Shown piece by piece: positions 17,080 to 27,092 of a stretch of DNA of 64,000 nt (position 1 is the first letter of the stretch; each line of letters opens with the position of its first letter). The notes beneath the pieces are model-generated. The model had not been told where the DNA came from, did no database searches, and was given only the letters and a program-made list of their open reading frames with translations. The position numbers and the translations under genes were made by a program. Source of the DNA: a virus. The DNA is taken from positions 1 to 64,000 of the IMG/VR virus record IMGVR_UViG_3300047444_000577; one strand, 5' to 3'.

Positions 17080-19029
17080 TCAGGCCGCGACCAGGTCGAC
17101 CACGTCACAGGCCCCGGCGACACACGCGAGTTCCTGGCTGCCGGTGGTCTGGTCGGTCACCTCGTAGTAGGACAGGTCCGACCACTCCACCCGTCCGGAC
17201 GACTCCACCAGCGCCTCGTACAACTGCTGCGTGCACTCCTCGTAGGGGGCCTGCACGTAGGTGTGGTCGGAGTAGGGCAGGAAGGAGACACCGGAGATCT
17301 CATCCAGGTGCTCCCACACCCACGCCCCCACTTCCACCCACTCCTCCGGGCGCACCGAGATGGTCACCGACGGCTTGTGCTCGCACCAGAACCGCTGATA
17401 GGTCAGCCAGGTCTCCAGGTGCTCGATCGCCGAGAGGTCGTCGCGCACCACGGCGTTGTCGGAGGCGCGCTGCGGGAAGGCGAACACCCACGCGGAAGCG
17501 TTGTAGGCGTCCTCCTCGTGGGGGATCTCCGCGTCGATGAGCACGGAGGAGATCGGGTCCTTCTTGTCCACGCGCACGCGGCGGACGTAGAACCGCGCGT
17601 GCTTCGGGTGCAGGCCGGACTCACAGTCCACCAACTGGCTGACGGTGCCGGACGGCTTAACGCAGGTGATGGCGTCGCTCGCCGGGATACCGAGCCGCTT
17701 GGCCTCGACCGCATTGGCCTGGCGGGCCACCAGTCGGAGGTCGACCAGGTAGAGCGCGGTGAGGCCACCGTTCCTGCCGTTGATGCGGTGATTACCGTAC
17801 ACCCCGGTCAGACTCACCCCGAGCAGCCGCTCCTCCTCCGCGTTCTTGCGGAACTCCTCGCGCAGGTAGGGGTAGTCGGTCAGGGTCGACTGCCAGGTAC
17901 CGAGGACGGTGGCGAGCCGGACCTTGCGCTCCAGGTCAGGGATGGTGTCCTCCGGCCGGACCACAACCTCGGACAGGTTGCAGAAGGAGAACGGCTTGAG
18001 AATGATCTCCGAGCACGGGTTGGTCCCGTAGTCGACGTCCGGGCTGCGGTGCCCGTACAGGGCTGCCTGCCTCTGGGCTGCGCCACGGTGGAAGATGCCC
18101 CGCTCACCGCTGCCGGAGGCGATGATGTTGTCCCACTCCTTGTTGAAGGTGTCGGCGTGCATGCCGTCGGTGTAGACGGCGGAGTTGTTTGCCAGGGCAC
18201 GGTACGGGTGCTCCTCCCACCACTCCCCTGACTTTGCCTGCGCCATCTCCTGGTCGTCCAGGTCGGACAGGGAGATCATCGCCGACCGACGGACGCCGCC
18301 GACGACGACCACGGAGGCGATCTTGCATGCCAGGTCGTGGGCCTCGATGGGCCGGAACTTGCGACCCTTGGCGCGGTGGAACAGGTCGACGGTGAACTGG
18401 AACAGGTCGTCGAGCGGAGCGGGCCCGGAGGCACGGCCTCCGAAAGTATGAAGTCGTGCTCCGGCCGGACGCACCTTGGTCAGGTCCCATCCGGGGATGA
18501 ACCCCTCCCACAGCCAGTGGAGCAGGTCGCGGAACGCTAGGGCCCAGCCCTCCTTGCTGTCCTGAACCACGATGCGGAGCGGCCTGTCAGCCGGGATGAG
18601 CAAATCCGGCACTGCTGGCAGTTGGTCGATGTACTGCTTCTCGACGCTGTAACCGACCCCGGTGCCGTTCATGAGGATGTACAGCAGCTCGTCGAAGGCC
18701 TTGGCGTCCTGCAGGGGCAAGTACGAGCAGTTGAACCCTGCGATGTTGGAGCGCTCCAGCGCCTCGCCTGCGGTCATCAGCGCGCGCATGGAGGGCATGA
18801 TCTCGTGGTTCAGGATGGCCCGGCGGACCTCGTGCACAAGACCGGCGTCGGCGATGTAGTTGTGCTCGATGAACAACTGGTTGGCCATGAAGGCCAGGTA
18901 TCGGTCGACCGTCTCCGTCCAGGTCTCCCGCCGTCCCTTGTCCGCGTCCCAGCGGGCGTAGCGGGACTTGGCGATGAAGGAGCGGAAGGGGTCGGCGATG
19001 TCACCGGAGGCGGTCAGCAGGTCAGTCAC
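17080..19029 (-). CDS. nrdJ: Class II (B12-dependent) ribonucleotide reductase
   Basis: GTG at 19029. PSMRAL, FNCSY, GGVRRSA, TNPCSEI, TCVKPSGT and C-terminal CVAGAC; no small subunit nearby. Confidence 0.9.
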   Translation of the reverse strand: MTDLLTASGDIADPFRSFIAKSRYARWDADKGRRETWTETVDRYLAFMANQLFIEHNYIADAGLVHEVRRAILNHEIMPSMRALMTAGEALERSNIAGFNCSYLPLQDAKAFDELLYILMNGTGVGYSVEKQYIDQLPAVPDLLIPADRPLRIVVQDSKEGWALAFRDLLHWLWEGFIPGWDLTKVRPAGARLHTFGGRASGPAPLDDLFQFTVDLFHRAKGRKFRPIEAHDLACKIASVVVVGGVRRSAMISLSDLDDQEMAQAKSGEWWEEHPYRALANNSAVYTDGMHADTFNKEWDNIIASGSGERGIFHRGAAQRQAALYGHRSPDVDYGTNPCSEIILKPFSFCNLSEVVVRPEDTIPDLERKVRLATVLGTWQSTLTDYPYLREEFRKNAEEERLLGVSLTGVYGNHRINGRNGGLTALYLVDLRLVARQANAVEAKRLGIPASDAITCVKPSGTVSQLVDCESGLHPKHARFYVRRVRVDKKDPISSVLIDAEIPHEEDAYNASAWVFAFPQRASDNAVVRDDLSAIEHLETWLTYQRFWCEHKPSVTISVRPEEWVEVGAWVWEHLDEISGVSFLPYSDHTYVQAPYEECTQQLYEALVESSGRVEWSDLSYYEVTDQTTGSQELACVAGACDVVDLVAA

Positions 19030-19072
19030 CTGTTGTGTCCATTCACTAGCGTGGTTGTTGGGGCTCAGGTGT

Positions 19073-19561
19073 TCAGGAGTCGCCACGGATGAGCATGTGC
19101 GGGTTGTAGTTGCTCCGCCCGTTCGCTCCGCCCTGCGCGGTCTGCTTGGTGGGTGTGGATGCAGCCTGTCCGGGGCCGCCGGACGGGACGCCCACGGCGC
19201 TCTGGTGGAAGCGGTCGTTGAAGCCGCACTCCTGGCAGCGTGGCGTCGACTTAGGGTGCTCCGGGGAGCGGAAGTAATCCCCGGATCCACAGTCAGGGCA
19301 CTGCCCGGACTGCTTGAGCACCTTCGCCTTCTTCGGGACGTGGTGCGGATCCCTGAGCAGGTCGCCGATGTGCTTCTGCTGCCCGTCGTCCTGGACCGGC
19401 TGGTACTGCTGCTGTGGCACTGTCTGCTGGTGCTGTGCCGGGGCGGGGTGGTAGGGCTGAGGCGTAGCCCACCACGGTCCGCTGGCCTGCTGCTGCGGGG
19501 CAGCGGGGGCCGGGGCGACCGGTGCCGCTCCGCCCAGTGCCTTAGCCCAGAAGTTGCTCAC
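19073..19561 (-). CDS. Hypothetical protein with zinc ribbon
   Basis: GTG at 19561; CPDCGS...CQECG; Gln/Pro-rich N-terminus. Confidence 0.7.
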   Translation of the reverse strand: MSNFWAKALGGAAPVAPAPAAPQQQASGPWWATPQPYHPAPAQHQQTVPQQQYQPVQDDGQQKHIGDLLRDPHHVPKKAKVLKQSGQCPDCGSGDYFRSPEHPKSTPRCQECGFNDRFHQSAVGVPSGGPGQAASTPTKQTAQGGANGRSNYNPHMLIRGDS

Positions 19562-19988
19562 CGATTTGCACTCCGTCCGTGTACGAGATGAGACCCATGT
19601 CGAGAAGGTTCGCGAGCACCGCGTAGACAGCGCTCCGAACAACGCGGGAATGGTGATGCTGCAGCCCTAGGGCCGTTTCCTCATCCACCTGATTGCCTGA
19701 GTTAACCAGCATAGCGCTGGCAGTAATGCCGGAAACCAATGGAACGAGGATCTCCAGGAGACCGGACATCGGTTCCAGATTTTGGAGCCTTTGATGGCTT
19801 GCGACGTGCTCCATCTCGGCGACGTCCGCACTGTCCGGGATCAGCCCCATCAGGGGAAGCATCTCCGAGACCGAGGGGCAGGGAACGATGTCCCATAGCA
19901 GCCGCTTGACCAGCATCTGCGGGGAGTACAGGACGACCTGCGGCTCCGCAGTCTCCTCGTTCTTCTTCTTGCGCCTGAATATGCTCAC
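19542..19988 (-). CDS. Hypothetical protein (148 aa)
   Basis: GTGA overlap with the polA stop. Confidence 0.65.
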   Translation of the reverse strand: MSIFRRKKKNEETAEPQVVLYSPQMLVKRLLWDIVPCPSVSEMLPLMGLIPDSADVAEMEHVASHQRLQNLEPMSGLLEILVPLVSGITASAMLVNSGNQVDEETALGLQHHHSRVVRSAVYAVLANLLDMGLISYTDGVQIGEQLLG

Positions 19989-21967
19989 TTAGCCTCACTC
20001 CAGCGGTTCACGATCTTGACGTCGGACGAAAGCGGAACCCGGAGGAGTTTCTGTATGTCCGCGCCGAGCATGGCTTCCTTGACGAGAGATGCGCATTCCT
20101 CTGCGCGGCTTTCGGGGGCGAGTACGACCAATTCGTCGTGGACCGACAGAATCAGGCGCATATCCTCCGGCAGCAGGTTGTTCAGCCGGATCATCGCCAG
20201 TTTGATGAGATCGGCTGCCGATCCCTGGATCAGACTGTTGACTGCCTGGCGCTCCGCTCCCATGCGCAGCCCGTTGCTGGACGACAGGATCATCGGCAGG
20301 CGGCGCTTGCGTCCGAGCAGCGTGCGGAGGTAAGGAGGGCGACGGGACCGGCAGACCCGGATGACGTCGTCCTTGAACCGGTAGATCTCGGGGAACTGCT
20401 TCTGGTGGATCTCCAGGAAGCGCTTGGCTTCCTTGACGGTGATCCCTGCCATGGAGGCGACCTTGTCCGGTCCCGCTCCGTAGACCACGGCGAAGTTGAT
20501 GCCCTTGGCGACCTGGCGCAGGTTGATGGCCTCGCGGTCGCCTGCCTTCACCCGGGCCATGAACTTGACCGGGTCCTCGCCGATCAGCGCTGCGGCGGTG
20601 GCCGAGTGGGGGTCGACACCCTTCATGAACCCGTCGTAGAGAGCACCACGGCCAATGAAGTGCGCGAGCACCACCAGCTCGATCTGCCCGTAGTCAGCGA
20701 CGACCAGCTTGAAGCCGGACGGTGCAACGAAGAGTCCTCGGATCCTCTTACCGAGGTCGGTGTCTGGTCGGGGGATGTTCTGGAGGTTGGGTTCCCTGCA
20801 CGAGAAACGCCCGGTGACGGTCCCGTACTGGACGAAGTCGGCGTGGATGCGTCCGTCGAAGATCCTGCGAGGCTTGTCCGGGTCTCCCTCGACGCCGAGG
20901 TAGGCCAGCGGGTATCCGAGCAGCTTGCTGACTTCCGCGTAGCCGGACATCGCCTTGACGACTGCGTTGTTGGGGTGTGCTTCCAGCGAGTCGGAGTCGG
21001 TGGAGTAGTCCGAGTAGGTCAGCTCCTTCCCGGCCTCCCGCTTCTTCTTTCCGCCGTCGGTCAACTTGAAGGGCTTGAGCCCCTGCCCGCCCTCGGACTT
21101 GGGTGCGTACAGGACCTTCGCCTTCTGGGCGGGGGCGTTGATGTTGAAGCGCTGCCCTGCCGCGCGGTAGATGTCAGCCTCGACCTCGACCAGGCGCTCG
21201 GACATGTCGTCGACCAGCTCGTGCATGGCAGCCTCGTCGACCGGGGCTCCGGTGACACCCATGTCGAGAAGGACACCGAGGACGTCCATCTCCAGTTGCC
21301 GGACATGGGTCAGGCCCTGGTCCTGGATGCGTCGCTGGAACTGCTTCCACAGCAGCCAGGTGTACTTGGAGTCCATGTAGGCGTAGTGGGCGACCTTGGA
21401 GAAGGGGAACTTCTCCACGCCCACCTTGCCGACGTGCTCGTTGTCGTAGTCGACCTTGTAGTAGCGCTTGACGAGGGACTTGAGGTCCTTCTGCTTCATG
21501 TTCTCGTCGAGGAGCCACTGCAGGACGATCGTGTCGCTGTACTCCGGCGGGGCTATCTCGCCGAAATACTTTGCCGTGGAGATCAGGTCGAAGGTCGCGT
21601 TGTGCGCGATCTTGATCTTGTCCTCGGCGAAGAACAGCGGCTTGAGGATGGAGAACACCTCGCTGGGGAGCATCTGCTCCGGCGGCGCGTCGAAGACGGC
21701 GGGGATCTGCTCGAACTTCCTGGTGACCTTGTTCAGCTTGCGTGTGGCCTTGCTGATCAGCACGTCGCCGTTGGGGTGCCCGAAGGGGATGGCGTAGGCC
21801 ATGCCGTCGGTGGCCAGGGACAGCCAGTTGGCGACGTTCTGGGTGGGCACGTTGCGGTACTCGCCCATGGTCTCGATGTCGAACGAGAAGGCCGGGCGCT
21901 CCATGAAGCGCTCGACCACGGTATGAAGTCGATCGGGGGTCAGGATGACGGAGTCGCGGATGTTCAT
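19985..21967 (-). CDS. polA: DNA polymerase, family A, with 3'-5' exonuclease
   Basis: ATG at 21967. FDIET, HNATFD, YAYMD, TGRFSC..PNLQNIP, ADYGQIEL, RQVAKGINFAVVYG, VHDE. Confidence 0.95.
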   Translation of the reverse strand: MNIRDSVILTPDRLHTVVERFMERPAFSFDIETMGEYRNVPTQNVANWLSLATDGMAYAIPFGHPNGDVLISKATRKLNKVTRKFEQIPAVFDAPPEQMLPSEVFSILKPLFFAEDKIKIAHNATFDLISTAKYFGEIAPPEYSDTIVLQWLLDENMKQKDLKSLVKRYYKVDYDNEHVGKVGVEKFPFSKVAHYAYMDSKYTWLLWKQFQRRIQDQGLTHVRQLEMDVLGVLLDMGVTGAPVDEAAMHELVDDMSERLVEVEADIYRAAGQRFNINAPAQKAKVLYAPKSEGGQGLKPFKLTDGGKKKREAGKELTYSDYSTDSDSLEAHPNNAVVKAMSGYAEVSKLLGYPLAYLGVEGDPDKPRRIFDGRIHADFVQYGTVTGRFSCREPNLQNIPRPDTDLGKRIRGLFVAPSGFKLVVADYGQIELVVLAHFIGRGALYDGFMKGVDPHSATAAALIGEDPVKFMARVKAGDREAINLRQVAKGINFAVVYGAGPDKVASMAGITVKEAKRFLEIHQKQFPEIYRFKDDVIRVCRSRRPPYLRTLLGRKRRLPMILSSSNGLRMGAERQAVNSLIQGSAADLIKLAMIRLNNLLPEDMRLILSVHDELVVLAPESRAEECASLVKEAMLGADIQKLLRVPLSSDVKIVNRWSEAK

Positions 21968-22146
21968 CGGACGTCGTCCTCGCTCACGACGACGGAACTG
22001 CTCGTAGTCGTCCAGCCGGTGAGGTCGTCGCGGTCGCAGAAACCTCCCTCTATCCAGGACTCGGTGACGTCGAGCAGTTCGTCCGGGCTGTAGTAGTCGC
22101 CCTCGTAGGTCACTTCGAGCGTCATCGTGAGGATCTTCTTGCTCAC
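21964..22146 (-). CDS. Small acidic hypothetical protein (60 aa)
   Basis: GTG after AGGAGG; ATGA overlap with polA. Confidence 0.65.
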   Translation of the reverse strand: MSKKILTMTLEVTYEGDYYSPDELLDVTESWIEGGFCDRDDLTGWTTTSSSVVVSEDDVR

Positions 22147-22221
22147 GAGTACCTCCTGTGGTGGTTGGGGAAGCTGAGGGGGAGGCCCCGGCAGTTGCCC
22201 GGACCTCCCCCGAGGGGTTGA

Positions 22222-23031
22222 TCAGTCGTTCAGGATCTCGGCGGCGATGGCCTTGAGTTCCGCGCGGGTGTTGACCTGGACCGCGTTCTCGTCGTACGCC
22301 TTGGCCTCGAACTCCTCCAGGTCCTCGTCGGTCAGGGGGTCGGTGTCCCAGTCCCCCTCCAGGTCGCGCTCCTTGACCGGCCGGATGAAGTAGGTGGTCT
22401 TCTTGTTCTTGCGTTCCTTGCTGACCGAGAAGTAGAGGTCGTCCCGGTTGATCGGGGCCGTCTTCTTGTTCTTGGAGAAGTTCTTGAGGATGTCGGCGAT
22501 GGTCGGGCCGACCTTCCACATCTTCAACTCCGGTGACTCCGGGTCGGTGAAGTCGACGACGTTGAAGCACACCTGCTGGCTGGGCTTGTCCCCGGCGTCA
22601 TCGCACAGGGGGCACTTGCTCTCCAGGCAGGTCCAGGAGCGCTTGCCCTGGCGCTCGATCCAGTGCTGGAGGTAGACGAAGAACGGCTCGTCGTCGAGGA
22701 ACTTGACGATCACCTCGTCGTCGGTGACCTTGAAGTCCGTCGGGAAGGAGGAGGTGGCGGACTTGGTCTTCTCGTAGGAGCCCCAGCCCTTTCCGCCGAC
22801 CTTCGGAGCGGGTTCGTCGTCCTCGTCGTCGTCCTCGGAGGAGCGTCGCGACCGGCGGGAAGGCGCAGCGGCCTTCTCAGTATGAAGCGACTCGCGGCGC
22901 GAGCCCCGGCGGGAGCCGCGTGCCGGGCGCTCATCCTCCTCATCGTCCTCGGGGAGGTTGGTGTCCTCCGGCTCCGGACTGTAGGCCTCGGTGTCGCGGG
23001 TGGTGCGGCGGCGGGTGAGCGTGCGAGGCAT
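22222..23031 (-). CDS. Single-stranded DNA-binding protein (gp32-like)
   Basis: VKFLDD..F....HW...TC...CPLC core; position between helicases and polymerase. Confidence 0.65.
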   Translation of the reverse strand: MPRTLTRRRTTRDTEAYSPEPEDTNLPEDDEEDERPARGSRRGSRRESLHTEKAAAPSRRSRRSSEDDDEDDEPAPKVGGKGWGSYEKTKSATSSFPTDFKVTDDEVIVKFLDDEPFFVYLQHWIERQGKRSWTCLESKCPLCDDAGDKPSQQVCFNVVDFTDPESPELKMWKVGPTIADILKNFSKNKKTAPINRDDLYFSVSKERKNKKTTYFIRPVKERDLEGDWDTDPLTDEDLEEFEAKAYDENAVQVNTRAELKAIAAEILND

Positions 23032-23271
23032 CTAGTTGGTCTCCTGCTGGTAGAGGTGGATGAAGGAGTTGCCCTCATCGGTGTTCACGCGGGCCTCTTC
23101 GAGGTCGGCCGCGAGGGACTGGTCCATGAACTGGTCGGCGATCCGGTCGAGGTCCTGGAGGGTCTTCGCCTTGGGGAAGTCGTCGGTGCTGATGTCAGCC
23201 TCCGCGCCGAATTCCACCCATTCGAAGTTGCCCATGCTCACGTGGAACTTGCGGGTCTTTTTGATCCTCAC
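23032..23271 (-). CDS. Hypothetical protein (79 aa)
   Basis: GTGA overlap; MRIKKTRKFHVSMGNFEW... Confidence 0.65.
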   Translation of the reverse strand: MRIKKTRKFHVSMGNFEWVEFGAEADISTDDFPKAKTLQDLDRIADQFMDQSLAADLEEARVNTDEGNSFIHLYQQETN

Positions 23272-23723
23272 TGCTCCACCAGTCGCTTGAAGAGGTCGGT
23301 GACCCGGGCGGTGAACTGCGTGGACTTGAGGGCCTTCTGGTGGGAGACCAGTACGCCCTCCTCGTGCGCGATGCGCACCATGCCCTCGACCTGTGCGCGG
23401 GTGTACAGGCGGCGTCGACCACGGGGGTCGTCGTCCCGGCCGGGTGACTGGTAGGTGCTCTTGGGGATGATCCCCTCCCTCTCCCACTTGCGGATGGTCA
23501 CCGGCTGGCGGCCCAGTGCGCGGGCGAGGTGTCCGACGGTGAAGAACTCGGTCTCCACTCCGGCCACCACGTACTTGCGTGGCTTCGCGTCCCAGTCGGC
23601 CGCCGACTTGGCGACCTCGGTATGAAGCCGGTTCGGGTGTCGGACGATCGGCCGGGAGGATCCGGGGTAGTACTGCTCGCCGATGGCGGCGAACTCCTCG
23701 TCGATCTGCAGGGCGGTGCTCAT
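23268..23723 (-). CDS. MerR-like HTH DNA-binding protein
   Basis: FTVGHLARALGRQPVTIRKWEREGIIP...RRLYT. Confidence 0.8.
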   Translation of the reverse strand: MSTALQIDEEFAAIGEQYYPGSSRPIVRHPNRLHTEVAKSAADWDAKPRKYVVAGVETEFFTVGHLARALGRQPVTIRKWEREGIIPKSTYQSPGRDDDPRGRRRLYTRAQVEGMVRIAHEEGVLVSHQKALKSTQFTARVTDLFKRLVEQ

Positions 23724-23737
23724 GTGGTGGTGGTGTC

Positions 23738-24115
23738 CTATCCGTAGTGCGTGGCGAGAAGCCAGTGAGGCTGTGCCTGCTGGGGCTGGAGCCCTAGGAC
23801 TTCCAGGGCCTTGGCCAGGATCTTGTGGTGCTCGTCGGTGATCTTGGGCAGGTCCACTTCGGCGACCCAGTTCTTGTGCAGGTAGGGTCCGACCAGCAGC
23901 ATGTAGCCGGTGTATCCGCTGCTGCTGTTGCCGTACTGCTTGAAGGTAGTGCCGTGCACCCCGGCCTTGGCGAGTACCACGTTGGCGGACTCCGCCAGGC
24001 CCTCGTCCTCGTCGTACCAGGGGAGTTCCTCGGGGTCGTAGATGAGTTTGTACTCCCCCTCGTCCCCGCCGAGGTCATAGCCGTAGCCGAGGGTTGCGTA
24101 GGCGTGGGATCCCAT
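23738..24115 (-). CDS. Hypothetical protein (125 aa)
   Basis: ORF tiles in the operon. Confidence 0.7.
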   Translation of the reverse strand: MGSHAYATLGYGYDLGGDEGEYKLIYDPEELPWYDEDEGLAESANVVLAKAGVHGTTFKQYGNSSSGYTGYMLLVGPYLHKNWVAEVDLPKITDEHHKILAKALEVLGLQPQQAQPHWLLATHYG

Positions 24116-24116
24116 G

Positions 24117-24593
24117 TCAGCCCCGGATCGGCTTGAAGGCGAACGAGACGGACTCGGTGAACAGCGCGTCCAGTTCGTCTTCGGTGATCAGTCCCTCCTG
24201 CTGCAGGACGTACAGCTCGTCCTGGTCCAGCACGGTGGTGGTGACCTCCTTGAAGACCCGGTCCGTCAGGCCCTTCTTGTTGGCCAGGGTCTCGACGGCG
24301 TCCACGTCCAGGCCGATCGAGGTGCGCCGCTCGCGCTTGACGGAGGTGAACTTCTGCCCGTTGACCTCGACCGGCTCGGGCAGGTCCCAGAACTTGCTGC
24401 CCTTCTCGTCGGTCTCGCCGTGGGCGTCCACGAAGGTGCTGATCTCGTCGCGCAGGTGGTTCTTGCGGGTGACGACCTGGGTTTCCTGGAACTTGAGGAC
24501 CAGGAACTCGCGGACCTTGGCCAGCGGGTTGTCCCCGGCGAGGGAGATGGGCCGCTCGATGCGGCGGGTGGTGCGACGTTCGACGGTAGCCAT
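24117..24593 (-). CDS. Hypothetical protein (158 aa)
   Basis: ORF with AGAAGGAG upstream; strong GC3 bias. Confidence 0.75.
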   Translation of the reverse strand: MATVERRTTRRIERPISLAGDNPLAKVREFLVLKFQETQVVTRKNHLRDEISTFVDAHGETDEKGSKFWDLPEPVEVNGQKFTSVKRERRTSIGLDVDAVETLANKKGLTDRVFKEVTTTVLDQDELYVLQQEGLITEDELDALFTESVSFAFKPIRG

Positions 24594-24688
24594 AGAGCGG
24601 TGGGCTCTCCTTCTACAGAGTAGTTGCTGCCTTGCGTGTTATCGACAGTACCGTATCGGTACGACATTGTCGATTCAGTACTACCGAT

Positions 24689-25009
24689 TCAGTGCCGCGC
24701 ATCCCAGTGGAGCGCGTCGCTGTCCCGCTGGTCAACGCGCAGCGCGGTCTCCACCCGGTCGACATAGACGGTGACGACCTTGGCGGTGGCGGGGTCGATG
24801 ACAGCGACGATGCCGTTGCGTACGTGGCGCACTTGCCCGGCGACGCGGCCGGAGCGGTAGGTATGAAGCGGCTTGGCGGCTGCGAGCAGCACGTCCTCGA
24901 CGGTCCAGCCCTTGGCAGCGGCCTGCTGCTGGGCATGGAGGGTGAGTCGGTAGGGGCTCGGGTTCTCAGTGGTCCAGTTGATTCCCAGGGCTTCGGCGAT
25001 GGTGGTCAT
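24689..25009 (-). CDS. DUF4258-like small protein (putative RNase/toxin fold)
   Basis: YRLTLHAQQQ....GWTVEDV...VVTVY pattern; AAGGAG RBS. Confidence 0.5.
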   Translation of the reverse strand: MTTIAEALGINWTTENPSPYRLTLHAQQQAAAKGWTVEDVLLAAAKPLHTYRSGRVAGQVRHVRNGIVAVIDPATAKVVTVYVDRVETALRVDQRDSDALHWDARH

Positions 25010-25049
25010 TTCTAGCTCCTTCGCAAGGGTGTTCGTCCGTCTGGTAAGG

Positions 25050-25079
25050 ACAGTAGATGTGGCTGACTCCGCTTGTCAA
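25050..25079 (-). promoter_or_regulatory. Sigma70/HrdB-type promoter
   Basis: TTGACA-18 bp-TACTGT on the minus strand upstream of 25009. Confidence 0.7.
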
Positions 25080-25144
25080 TCACTTAGCCGCAAGTACTTT
25101 ACAAGCGATTCACAAGCCATCCGTCGATGGTCCGCACCCTGGTG

Positions 25145-26788
25145 CTACGCGGCTTCCAGGCACTGAGTCAGGCTCACGACGTCGTTCTCGATGCGTCCCT
25201 TGTCGTCCGCGCCCCGGCCGTCAGTGATGGCCGCACCGATGCGCCGCTTGTGCGCGAGCATGGACAGCTTCCGGGGCTCGGTGGTGCCCGCCGTGATGGC
25301 GTTGAGGACGTAGATGTTCTTGAACTTGCTCGACGCCCGGTCGTGCCGCTTGTTGATCTGGTCCTGCTTGCCGGAGGACCACGCGAGGTCGTAGTTGATG
25401 AGGTAGTTGGCCATCCACAAGTCGGTGCCGAAGGCTCCGGCGTGGCTGGACAGGAACACCCGGCACTCGGGGTCGGTCTCGAAGCGGTTGGCTGCGAACG
25501 CCTTTGCGCCCGCGCTCATCCGGCCGGTGTAGGTGACAGCACTGTCCGCAGGCAACCGGTCGGCCAGCAGTTCCAACATGTCAGGGTTGACCGAGAACAC
25601 GACGACCTTGTTGCCCGGTGTGGCCAGGATCCGCTCCAGCGTGTCCAGGACCGTGTCCATCTTCGGATGGGTGGTCACGTCGTCCAGGACACCGCCCTTC
25701 CAGATCTCGTAGCAGTACTTGGAGCCGGTCCAGGACTTCTTCTGGATACCGGTCTGCCGCCACGTCTCGGCCTCCTCGAAGCGCTGGCCGGACCAGCGGA
25801 TGAGGTCGGGGTGGTTCAGCAGCATGTCCAGCGCCTGCATGCGGGCCATGATCTTGCCCTGGGCGCTGCTCTCGTTGGGGGTGTCGCCTCCGTGGTAGTG
25901 GGAGAACAGGTCGAAGCCACCCGTGACCGGTCCTGCCGCGCGCAGTTCAGCCAGCAGGTCGTCGGAGATCCGCTTGTAGGCCTTGCGGGTGCGGGCGTCG
26001 AGCACGACGGGGATGTTGCTCTCCTGCACCTCCGGCAGGAAAGGACGCACGTCGTCGTCCAGGCGCGTCTTGCGCACCATGGCTTCGGAGAGTTTGGCGT
26101 GCAGCACGGGCAGGTTCTTGTACTTCTGCACCCCTCCGAAGCGGTTGCGCACGATGTACGACTTGTCGTACAGGTCGAACCGGCCCAGCACGTCTTCGTC
26201 GACCCACTGCATGATGCTGAACAGCTCTTCCGGCCGCCCGTTCTCGACCGGGGTGCCGGTCAACGCGTAGCGGTGGGGAGCGGTGAGTCGCTTGATCTTG
26301 CGGGTGCGCTGGGCCTTGAACGTCTTGATGGCGGTGGCCTCGTCCAGGACGATGCACTCCGGCTTGATCCGGCGCACCCAGTTCCAGTCGTTGACGACGT
26401 TCTCGTAGCCCATGATCACGTAGTCGGGCTTGTACGCCTTGACCTTGGTGTACAGGCCGTTGCGCTTCTTGGTGTCGCCGTCGATGAGGATGCAGTACTC
26501 CTCCGTCGGGACGGTGATCTCCTGAGTCTGTCCGTCCTCCCGAACCTTGATGACGCGTGTGCGGACGTCGGTGAGTTTGGCTATCTGCTTGGCCCACTGG
26601 TACTTCAGCGAGGCCGGGACGACGATGACGGCGGTGTTCACCTCCCCCAGTTCGATGAGGTCCTCTATGGCCGCGAGCGCGATCGGGGTTTTCCCCAGGC
26701 CCATCTCGTAGGCGATCAGGAGGGAGCCGCGCTCGACGGCCCGGTCGACTGCTTCCTCCTGGTAGGTATGAAGGTCGATGGTCAGCAT
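25145..26788 (-). CDS. SNF2-family helicase
   Basis: ATG at 26788. EMGLGKT, VLDEA, LTGTPVEN, helicase C-terminal motifs. Confidence 0.9.
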   Translation of the reverse strand: MLTIDLHTYQEEAVDRAVERGSLLIAYEMGLGKTPIALAAIEDLIELGEVNTAVIVVPASLKYQWAKQIAKLTDVRTRVIKVREDGQTQEITVPTEEYCILIDGDTKKRNGLYTKVKAYKPDYVIMGYENVVNDWNWVRRIKPECIVLDEATAIKTFKAQRTRKIKRLTAPHRYALTGTPVENGRPEELFSIMQWVDEDVLGRFDLYDKSYIVRNRFGGVQKYKNLPVLHAKLSEAMVRKTRLDDDVRPFLPEVQESNIPVVLDARTRKAYKRISDDLLAELRAAGPVTGGFDLFSHYHGGDTPNESSAQGKIMARMQALDMLLNHPDLIRWSGQRFEEAETWRQTGIQKKSWTGSKYCYEIWKGGVLDDVTTHPKMDTVLDTLERILATPGNKVVVFSVNPDMLELLADRLPADSAVTYTGRMSAGAKAFAANRFETDPECRVFLSSHAGAFGTDLWMANYLINYDLAWSSGKQDQINKRHDRASSKFKNIYVLNAITAGTTEPRKLSMLAHKRRIGAAITDGRGADDKGRIENDVVSLTQCLEAA

Positions 26789-27081
26789 TGGGCGTACCAC
26801 CGGTTGAACGATCCCTGGGTCCGGGGCTTGCGGCTGCGGGGCAGGGGTGGCGTGTAGACGCTCCATACGAGGTGCTCCGGGTTGACGCACTTCGGACGTC
26901 GGCACTTTCGGTGCTTCGGTCGCATGTCCCCGGCGGTGAGGTAGGCGAGGATCTCCTTACCCGCGTAGGTGTGCTTGCTGATGGCGCATGACTGGAAGAG
27001 CAGGCAGTCGCTGTCGGGGTCGGGCTGCACGCGGTCCCAGAATCCTGGGTCCAGGTGCTCGTAGCCTTCGGGGGCTTGCAC
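26782..27081 (-). CDS. Small HNH-like endonuclease (possibly degenerate)
   Basis: GTG at 27081 after AGGAG; FWDRV...DC...HRKCRRPKCVNPEHL. Confidence 0.6.
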   Translation of the reverse strand: MQAPEGYEHLDPGFWDRVQPDPDSDCLLFQSCAISKHTYAGKEILAYLTAGDMRPKHRKCRRPKCVNPEHLVWSVYTPPLPRSRKPRTQGSFNRWYAQC

Positions 27082-27092
27082 GGGCTGTCTCC

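Noticed and set aside
19985-22570. Extended N-termini in the ORF track (PolA 861 aa, RNR 736 aa, lysin 447 aa, tailspike 741 aa and others)
   Set aside because: They overlap upstream genes out of frame; downstream starts with RBS or coupled stops fit better.
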